In this document: one piece after another, positions 54,984 to 64,000 of the stretch
Layout of the letters: the number at the start of each line of letters is the position of its first letter
Numbering within the stretch: the stretch's first letter is position 1
Source of the DNA: Eledone cirrhosa
Lineage: Eukaryota
NCBI GenBank assembly: GCA_964016885.1
Contig: OZ024746.1
Coordinates: forward strand, 47,306,001-47,370,000
DNA: 64,000 nt
Reading direction: 5' to 3'
Translations under genes and position numbers: made by a program
Notes under the pieces: model-generated
Databases searched by the model: none
What the model saw: only the letters and a program-made list of their open reading frames with translations
What the model was told of the DNA's origin: nothing

Positions 54984-55195
54984 TATAGAAATGGCTTCTA
55001 CAGGACTAGAACTGTTTCATTCTAAGGAAATCAATGAAACAGTTCTAGTCCTATAGAAATCATTTATATATATATATATATATATATATATCCAGAGTAA
55101 CATGGTTCTAACTTGATCTTAATAAAAATAATATATCTCTAATATGGTATTGAGTACGCAATACCATATTAGAGAGATATTTTTATTAAGATCAA
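54984..55195. repeat. Two adjacent fold-back inverted repeats separated by (TA)n
   Basis: Arms 54984-55021 / 55033-55070 and 55113-55152 / 55159-55195. Confidence 0.85.
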
Positions 55196-55719
55196 CTTAT
55201 TAAACTAGAATTCATGTGAAATCTTTCATTACCTTATGTTTATATGACTAACGTATAATTGACTAACTACCGTCCTCTTTCTTATCTCTGGTCAATATAC
55301 ACTTATATGTTCTCATATAACAGGGGCGGTGGAATTGGGAGGGGGAGATGCCACCCCCACCCGCCCCAATAGTTATATTGTTCTCCCCAAAGTACCAAAA
55401 CACACATCTATTTGTATATGCGATACAATGTATGTACATGTTATGTAGAGACAGATGGGAGAGATAGATATAGATATATATTTCTATTTATTTGCCACCA
55501 AGGCATCACAGATTGGGACAAATACAAAGGGGGGAGTTTACATACATTTAAAAAGACGTGTAAAAAACATATAACAAATTAAATTTAACAATCGATGTCC
55601 CCAATAGGGAGGGGCGTTGACATGGGTCGCACACACCCCCGAAAAAATGTGCAACCCTCCTCTTCAGGAGCACAAAGAGCGGGTGCTTCCTTCCTCTTCT
55701 CATTCTTCTCCTCTCTCAC

Positions 55720-58700
55720 CTACAGGCTGATATAGAGAGAAGGCCCATTCACTCGGGCCATTCTCGCTACTTTCACCCACCTTTCATAAAACTTGCTGAG
55801 GTATAGCACTTCTCTCTCTATTCTGATCCTTCTTCTAAAGTGGTACTTGAAAAAAAAGATCAGTTGTTGGCCGGAGAGAAAGGTGTCTGACCTCAGCCCT
55901 TTCAACCTTGTTCACCATACAACTTCTTTCGCCATAGCTATCACACAGAGGAAAGCCGCCTCTCCTTCGTTTTTGAAAGGGGGAGGCGGTTTGATCGTGA
56001 CAATGTTCTCGGTGGTCAACCAGATTGGTCCCACCCGCGACAGTAGTCGTTCCAGATAGCCCCACAGGTCAGCAACGCCCGGGCAGTGTACGAATGCGTG
56101 TGCGACGGTTTCCTCGTCACGCACGCATCTCGGACAGATCTTCTTCGAGGGGTCCCTACCCGGGCGCCCGTGTCTGTAGAGCTTGTCCCGAACGGGTAGA
56201 GCTCCTCGGTAACATTGCCAAGCCAGGGACTTTTGGAAGTTGTCCATCGGTCCCGGGCCAAACATCCTACCGAACAGACTGGCCAGCTCATCTTCCTCCA
56301 TGCCCAGAGCCTCTCCGAGAGCGTCGTCGCACTTACTGCGCACCAAACCTCTATAGAATGTTGAGGTTGAGTCTCCACTGATTGCTGGATCCGCTTGCCA
56401 GAGGGCCGTGAGCGCCTGGGTACATTCAATGTGCCGGTCGCCCACTTTTCTCGGTCTTTGCTTGACCCAGGATTGCAGCTCGGTGAGTGAGACGAGTCTC
56501 GGAAAGGCTCGCCTCACAAACTGGGCCCACACCGGCTGACCGGTGAGGAATACCTGGAGGTGCCGTAGCCTTAATACGTGTCTACGCATCGTCAGCCACG
56601 GCATCCTCAGCCCTCCGTTCGAAGGGTGTTGACAGCAGATGGATCTTCTCACCAAAGGAGCCCGCTTCTTCCAAAGAAATCGGAAGAGCGCGCGCTCCAT
56701 TTTGGCGAGTGTTTTCTCTGGGCAAGGCACGACGGTCAAGCGGTAGTAGATGACGGACGCTATATAAGCGTTCGGCACCTCCACTCGACCTTTCAGGGAT
56801 AGTTTGCAATCGGCCCACTTCTGGGCAAGTGCAAACACCTTGCCCGTTACCTCGTCCCAGTTTTTCTCCACTTGGAGGTCCGCTCCGAATCAGACCCCGA
56901 GCAGCTTCACCGGTCCCTCCGTCCAGCGTCCGACGATTCAGTCGGAGGGCATCGGTTTGCCCCTCCACGTCCCGAGTTTCAAACCAACGGACTTGTCCCG
57001 GTTCAGCTTGGCTCCTGTGAACCTTTCATATTCCTCCAGTAAGGTGCCGATCTGCCCGATTTCCGAGGCGCACGACACCATTACTCTCATGTCATCGGCG
57101 TAGGCCGACACCGCTTTCCGCAATCCCGGTTCCAAGGGGATGCCCTGCAACAGTTCCAGCTTCCGCAGTGGTGGCTCGAGAGCCAGCACATACAGGAGGG
57201 AGGAGAGAGGGCATCCCTGTCGGATGGATCGCGTGATTTGGAACGGCTAGTAACCGTACACCTTGACCCTCGAGTAGGTGTTGCTGCTGTGCATTGCAGC
57301 AATCCAGCTACTGAAAACGGGTCCGAAGCCTGCCGCCGCGAGCACCGCATCCAGGTACCGATGGTCAACCCTATCGAACGCCTTAGATGATCCAAGTTGA
57401 TCAGGGCCCCACCAAAGCCGGGTTCGTTCCTTACCCTCTCTACGATGTATCGCATGAGGTGGAGGTTGTCGTGTATGGACCTGGAAGGGATTGCGCATGT
57501 CTGCGCTTCTCCCACCAGGTTCCCGACGACAAGCGCCAACCTCTTCGCTAACACCTTGGCCAAAATCTTTAACTCTGTGTTTAGCAGAGTTATGGGCCTG
57601 AAGTTATCTATGTATCCCCCTTGTTCTCGTCATTCCTCACCAGCGTGTCTACGCCCTTGGTCACAGAACTGGGAATTCTCCCGTTCTGTTGCCAGTTGCA
57701 GTAGACCGCCTCGAGGAGACCGGAGAACAAGCCCGGCATCGCTACATAAAGTTCGTATGGTAGACCATCGAGACCCGGAGATTTGCGTTTGCCGCATTGG
57801 CTCAGCGCTTCCCCTATTTCAACGGCTCAAATCGGCCTCTCGCAGGACTTCGCCTCCCCGTCCGAGAGCCGCGCCAGACCGTCGAGGTATGGTCCGAAAT
57901 CCATGGCCCCACCCGGCCCGCCGCCCCTCCCGAACAGTCGTACAAAGCGCCGTTTAAAGGCCGCGCTCATCCGCTCAGGTTCAAGGATCACGCGTCCATC
58001 CTGGTCCTTCAAAGACTGAATCGTGGACTTGTTTCCACTTTTTGCTTCTGTCACTCGGGCCCAGCTAACAGCTTTGGCTCCCTCGTTACCCAGAGAACGT
58101 ATTTTACTCCTGACAACGCAGCCCTCGTGCTTCGCATCAAAGAACTGGGCTAGGGCCGTTCTTGACGCCAGCACGCCGGCCACGTTGCCACTCCTAATCG
58201 CCTCTTCTACTCTATTTGTTAATTCCCTTTCAGTTCTATTCCTATCTGATGCTAATTCCCGACTAAAACCTATCGATTCTATTCTAATTTCTCTCTTGAG
58301 AGAGCCCCACCACCTGCTGTTGACAATTGCCCCCGTCAAACGCTGCTTAACTAGTGTGCTAATCCGCTTACTGTAAGCTTTGTTTGTCGGTAATGATAAG
58401 TTTAGCTTCCAGTAACCGGGTCCCTGTCTATGAGTTCTATCAAGGTTGACCACTCCGGTCACCAACTTATGATCTGAATAGTCAAACATGAACATTCGTG
58501 GACAGCTTAATATGTCCCTATCCTTATTTCTAACTAGGAACCTATCTAGGTACGACCTAGATGTTCCGGTACGATTAGTCCACGTCCACAGTGGCACAGT
58601 CGGAAAATCTAATCGATATCTATCGGCCAGATCAAATCGACCGATTAATCGTTTGAGGCTGTTACACCCCCCTCTATCGGGACATGCCCCTACATAGTCC

Positions 58701-59147
58701 CAACATGCATCCAGGATACCATTCCAGTCCCCCACTAAAAGCAAGGAGCGAGAAGCTCCCAGGAAATTCTCCAGGCGTCGGAAGAAGTCCGGTCGCGGTG
58801 TCCCAGATGGGGCATACGCTGCCACCAGCCTGAAAGCTCCACCTTCACCACTGCCGACGTCTAAAGCCACCAGTCGACCCTCCGGGTCCAGGTGTACCTC
58901 CTGTGTGGCAAGACCCAGGTATTTTCGCAGCAGAACGACAACCCCACCCCCACCCCTCGGCTGACAGAGATGTGTAGATCTCAAAGTCGTCGAAGATGGG
59001 GGCCAGTTGACGCTCGCTGCTGATCCTGGACTCGCAAATAACCATTACATCCACTCTGTGCGACCTGAGGTCATTTAAGAGTTTGCCCTGTTTCCAGGAC
59101 ATCCCCAGGCCGCGTGCATTCACACATCCAACTCTTATATTGGCCAT
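55720..59147 (-). pseudogene. Tx1-type ORF2 (APE-RT-Zn) with several frameshifts
   Basis: MANIRVGCVNARGL, GDWN, SDHK, GPGYWKLN, KAFDRV, AYADD and CPRC..H..C lie in successive - strand ORFs. Confidence 0.93.
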
Positions 59148-59189
59148 GTTGGTGTTGAAGAGTTAAAAAGGAAGAGGAAAGGAAATTAC

Positions 59190-61049
59190 CTACCGCTTCG
59201 TATCCTGGGGACCAGGCTGCACAATTTCCATGGGGGTGTTGGAAGGGTTGTTTGGTGGGGTGGTGGTTTGTGGTGGGGTGAGGACATCAGTGTGTGGTGG
59301 TATTAGGGTGTTTGGTGGGGTGTGGGTGTCTGATGTGGGGGTGGGGAAACATCTCAATAGGACGTGGTTAAGTGGTTTGGTGTAGTTGGTCCCCACATGC
59401 ATTGGATGGTTCTTTTTCAAAGTTACATAGGTTTCCGTTGGGACCCTAATCATCATTAGGTGCGGTTTGTTCGCTGCGTAGGTGAAAGTGATCCCTTCGG
59501 TTTCCACCGAAGGGTTATTTTCTATTGCTTTCATCAACGTTTTATTGTTCTTGTTAATGTATGTATAGAGTTTTTGTTGTGTTGTGTTTGTTTTTGTTTG
59601 TTGTTCTTGTGCGTGTTTGCGTTTTGTAGTATGTGTTATGTTTTGGGGAGGGGTGGGGTTTTTTGTTTGTGATGTTTGTTCTGTTTGTGCTGGTGGTTGT
59701 GTGTTTGTAGCATTTTTGTTAATGTGGTGCCTTTTTTTTTTCCTTTTCACCTGTTGAAAGGGTTCTCCCTCGTCGTCACTGGGTGACGTTGATACGGAGT
59801 CCTCTTCCGTGTTGTTGGGGAGGGGTATATTTTGGGGTTTTGTTGTGGTTGCTTTTGTATTTGTTTTAGGTGGGGAGGGGTTGGGTGGCACAGTGTTTTG
59901 TGTTGTTATTTTTCCGTGTTGTTGTGGTGGTGATGGTGGTGGTGGTGGTGGTGGTGGTGGTGGTGGTGGTGGTGGTGGTGGTGGTGGTGGTGGTGGTGGT
60001 GGTGGTGGTGGTGGTTGTGTTGTTGTGTTCGGTGTTCGCAGAAGAGCCTTTTTTTTTACTCGTTAATTGAGGACAGGCAGCCCTCAGGTGACCCCTGCTT
60101 AAGCAGTGGTAACATGACGGCCGTCTTCCCTCCACTGAAATGTTTATATAAGTTAGCCCGTCCAGAGGCACGCGTTGTGGAATATTCGCTATTCGTTCTG
60201 GGCTCATTTGCACCAGAACTTCTACGCTGGTCCCACCAAATACACATCCGGAGGACTTTCCTATTGAAATTATCTTGTCTTCATCAAAGTCAATGATTCC
60301 ACATAGTATCCACCAAATATTTACATTTGGTGTGCTACTCATTATTTTTATTCTTTGTGTCCTTTTTCCCCTGTATGTGGGGAAAAAGGTGAAGCGGGGG
60401 GACACAATGGGTGATACCGAGTATTTTTGTGCTGTTGACTGATTGTTCATTAGCACCGAACTGCTACCAAACAGTTTACCTTTATGTATGAAGGTTATGT
60501 CCTTCATTGCATCTTTTAGAACCAGCTCAGTTTCATTTTGTGATAATTGAGCTGATTTTCTTGTTTCGTTCGATATTGTCCTGAAACTGTGGTTTTCAGG
60601 ACAGCCTCTCTACGTAATTCCTGTGGAGAATTGATGCTAAAAGCACCGTTTTCGCCAAAAGTCACGAATTGTTTTGCGTCTTGTAGTAGTTGTTTAGCAT
60701 TTGTTATGTCAATTGGCGTGTATAGTTCGTTTTTTTTTACAGTCTGTTCGAACGTTGTTTTGGTGTTGTCTTTTTTGTTGCTGCTGTTGTTGTCACTGTT
60801 GGTAATATTGTTCATGTTTTCCTTGGTGTTGCTATTGTTGCAGTTGTTGGTTGTGGTGTTATTGTCATTGTTCTTGTTGTTGGTGCTGATATTATTTACC
60901 GGGTTTGGTTTCGTGGTTTCAATATTTTCAACGTTTTTCGATAATGCGAGGGGGGAAGGCTGCAAGCTTTGTACTCCTACCTTCCCTCCACCAGTTTTCT
61001 TAGTGAACGTGGCACTCACGACGGTGTGCGAGGTTGAAATGGCATCCAT
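59190..61049 (-). pseudogene. Tx1-type ORF1 (gag-like, CCHC knuckle) split over three frames
   Basis: CYHCLSRGHLRAAC zinc knuckle; low-complexity N/T/P-rich flanks; (ACC)n poly-Thr at ~59925-60015; lies directly upstream of ORF2. Confidence 0.85.
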
Positions 61050-61259
61050 TGCTGACTACCAAGTCTACACAGTTTTGAGATGAAAATGAAAATTTCGCTC
61101 CAGAAAGGGGCGAAAATTAGTTGACTCAACGTCTGAAGGCCCAGGCAAGGGATTAAACTAAACAATGCTATTAAATTGAGCAATGAACTCACAGTTTTTT
61201 TGACAATAATCCGTAAAAATCCGGAGCGAAGTAATTTACGTCTATATCAAGTGGTAATT

Positions 61260-61575
61260 GATATAGAGAGGGAGATTGGAAGAGAGTTCGGTGTAGTCGA
61301 TATAAAGAGGGGGAGAGTTTGGTGTTAATTGATATAGAGAGGGAGATTGGAAGAAAGTTCCGTGTAGTAGATATGGAGAGGGGGAGAGTTTGGTGTTAAT
61401 TGATATAGAGAGGGAGATTGGAAGTGAGTTCAGTGTAGTAGATATAGAGAGGGGGCGTTGTTAGCAATTGTTATAGAGAGGAAGGCTGGAAGAGTGTGTT
61501 GTATATTAGATAGAGGTAAGGGAGAGATTGGTGTAAATTGATATAGAGAGAGGGGTTGAAAGGGAGTTCCGCGTA
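61260..61575. repeat. 71-bp purine-rich minisatellite (~4.4 copies, decaying)
   Basis: Units gatatagagagggagattggaag... start at 61260, 61331 and 61402. Confidence 0.85.
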
Positions 61576-62699
61576 GTAACTACATATGCATATATTAAAA
61601 ACATACGTAAGTCTTGTTATTCTGGAGTACACTTATTCGTACACATATCTTGATACCTCATAGCTCTTCCGCTAAATACTTATATTACTTATACAGATAT
61701 GAATGAATTTAGAGTAAGATGAATATTCGATACAGAGAAACAGTTAAAATATTCTAGATAAGGCTTGAATGTCAGATGTAGAATATATTCAATAAGCAAG
61801 AAAAAGGTGAGAGTCAAAGTTGAATATAGGTAGATAGAGAGGGTTGTATAAAATGGAAAAATTATTTGCGTGAAACAATGCAGTAACTATGAAATATCAG
61901 AATACTGTTGAAATAAGTCTCGGTAAATATACATAAATATAATTAGATACAATTAAGATATTTTGGAAATGCTAGCTGACACGCAATTGTGTGTAATGGG
62001 AGATAATAAATGGTTTGAGCCACACGAATAGTTTCAAGGCTCTATCCATTCATTTTAGTTTTTTATTACTATTTTGTATATTTTTATATATATATCTTTG
62101 GATTTTTCTCCCTACAATTCTTCACGTTCAACCTTGTTAAATATAATAAATAGTATTTCATTATCATAAAAGCGTTGTATTTGGCTGATCTCGTATATGA
62201 GCTAGGAGATTGTACTAGAATTTACTATTATTCTCTATATTTATTTACATGTTTGTTTCAATTAATCCATCCATTGGATATCAACAACATATGCTGTCCC
62301 CTTATGCTTTCCCATCTAGTGGTGTAGTGCATTTTCATTTCTCCCTGATAGGAGAGCGTCAAACTTGTCTGAATTGGAGTTAATCTCTTTCACATTTACA
62401 ATCAAACTTACAAATCCCATTGGTCATTACCAGTGTGTTTGTAGGTTTACATACATCTGGTTTGATGTAAATAAAACGAGTTTTCATTTTATTAATTTAG
62501 TATAGCATGAGCATTAGATAATGGTTTAGTGTAGTGTATTCTGTGTTTAGTTTTATGGAGGTTTTGATAATGTATTTGATAATCTATTCTGTATGTTATT
62601 AATTTAATACGCATTATGCAAGATTTGTATATTTTTAGCAGGTGTGGTGTTAGATGTATTGTCCTGTTCTATGTTTTTGTCTATCTGCCTTTTTATAAT

Positions 62700-63270
62700 C
62701 AATTAATAGTTAGTGTTATTTGGTGTTTCATGGAAAAGAATTTAAATGCTCTTCTAAGAGTAAATTTTACAAAAAGCTGTTACAATGCAATACACTACAC
62801 AGGGAAACGTTAGTGGGTAAGACATCTAGATTATACAGAATTCCAGCAAAAATAGATGAATTATGGACACAAAACGATAAAATAAACACAGACAATATAC
62901 ACAAATACCAGACAACTTCCCTTCATTCAAACGAAGATCCTATGAAAGTCTAGAAACATTGGTGGTAGATTTGGCGACTTTGCTGTCCCAAACAAACTGC
63001 AAGGAACACATACAAAAATATTCAAAACTTTATGAAAAGATAAAACTAGAATACGGTGTTTTCAATAGAACATGTAATGAAAAAGATATTCCCTATATTT
63101 ACAAATATATAATTGCCAGTTTAAAACCTCATAACCGAGAAATCTGCAATGGAACGCTAGAGGACATTTATCAAAAGACAAATACACACAACAATTAAGG
63201 ATATGTAAAAACTTATGAACGGAAATTAAAGAATACAGTTAAATAAAAGTACCAATAAATCAGTGCTTAC
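62700..63270 (+). mobile_element. Possible highly decayed PLE GIY-YIG remnant
   Basis: KFYKKLLQCNT and EKDIPYIYKYIIASLKPHNREICN loosely parallel YSKIFNKHT and KDKNINYNISWK..CNLC of the other PLEs. Confidence 0.35.
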
Positions 63271-63309
63271 AAAATATTTATTAAACAATATATATCTATA
63301 TAGAAAAGG

Positions 63310-63550
63310 TACGTGGCTTAATGGTAAATGTGTTCAACTTACGATCGCATTAGCGAGAGTTCGAGCCCTGGATTGAGTTTTGTGTTGCGTTCTAGAGAAA
63401 AACACTTCATTTCACGTTGCTTCAGTGTACTCAGCTGAAAATTAGTACCAGCAATTGTTGGAGGTTTAACCCTGCGATGGACTGGCGTCTAGTCCAGTGG
63501 AGGAGCTTTGAATTCTCAGTCGCTTCACACAACGGAAACCGGGATAATTA
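63310..63550 (+). mobile_element. tRNA-derived SINE (family 2) with conserved central domain
   Basis: A-box tggcttaatgg, B-box gagttcgagcc, aacacttcatttcacgttgc..ctcagctg, and ccctgcgatggactggcgtc..gtccag (motif of V/Meta-type SINE domains). Confidence 0.7.
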
Positions 63551-63964
63551 TTGGTTTGATGTGGCTCCAGGCTCGATATATCTATATACTAACGCATAAT
63601 ATGACAGATATAGCTTGATAACGTCTGTCTTCGCAATTTATTGGCGGGTGCGATCCATGACTGGTTTACACAATCAGGATTGCTGGTCGGGGGTTGGTTT
63701 AGCAGAAGTTATAAGTGCAGATTTACGGTGTTTTACGAGTATTTTGTTTACGAGTTAAGGCAATCTGTGAGTTTTCTTAACGGGTTAAGGCAATCAACGG
63801 TCTTGTTTATATATCTGGTTCATAACATACAAGCATCTCTTTCTTCAATGTATTAGCCTCAGCAATATACATATTCTAAGAAAACTCTACAAAAAAAAGA
63901 TCGCTCTGCCCACTCAGAGAGATGAATTTCTCAGTCTCTCACAACATGCACTTAGACCAGAAAT

Positions 63965-64000
63965 AAAATAATTGTTTCTACTTTAGGCACAAGGCCAGCA
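63965..64000 (-). mobile_element. 3' end of a SINE family 1 copy, cut by the window edge
   Basis: ataattgtttctactttaggcacaaggccagca. Confidence 0.8.

Larger units (their letters stand above)
55480..61243 (-). mobile_element. Apparently full-length L1/Tx1-clade LINE (5' UTR, ORF1, ORF2, 3' UTR), frameshifted
   Basis: ORF1 pieces 61049-59190, ORF2 pieces 59147-55720, 3' end gccttggtggcaaataaatagaaa followed by tatatatctatatctatct. The 5' boundary is approximate. Confidence 0.93.

Noticed and set aside
63310-63385. tRNA-like A/B boxes (also 32330-32405 and 52028-52080)
   Set aside because: No cloverleaf; they continue into SINE bodies, so they are SINE heads.

Overview
AT-rich, microsatellite-laden eukaryotic (animal) intergenic or intronic DNA. 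The SINE families, Tx1-type LINEs and huge (TA)n/(ATCT)n/(AGT)n tracts suggest an octopus or other cephalopod; this is an inference. No host gene exon can be supported. Contents: (i) L1/Tx1-clade LINEs, namely one full-length frameshifted copy (55480-61243, -), one ORF2-only copy broken by just two Trp-to-stop changes (2311-6030, +) and several 3' fragments, all ending in microsatellites; (ii) Penelope-like elements (PLEs) with a C-terminal GIY-YIG domain and a CxCx5Cx5C linker, inserted as outward-facing inverted pairs at (TA)n (46953-51558 and 14457-16232), each with a type I hammerhead motif near its 3' end; (iii) a non-coding ~499-bp hammerhead-bearing unit in partial-tandem plus inverted arrangement (52959-53897) that looks like a retrozyme or non-autonomous PLE partner; (iv) decayed CRE-like, R4/Dong-like and Gypsy fragments, a hAT MITE, many tRNA-derived SINEs with clear TSDs, a GATCCT satellite with an internal inversion, and several fold-back palindromes. 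The best candidate for an undescribed system is the hammerhead/PLE/(TA)n-targeting set.
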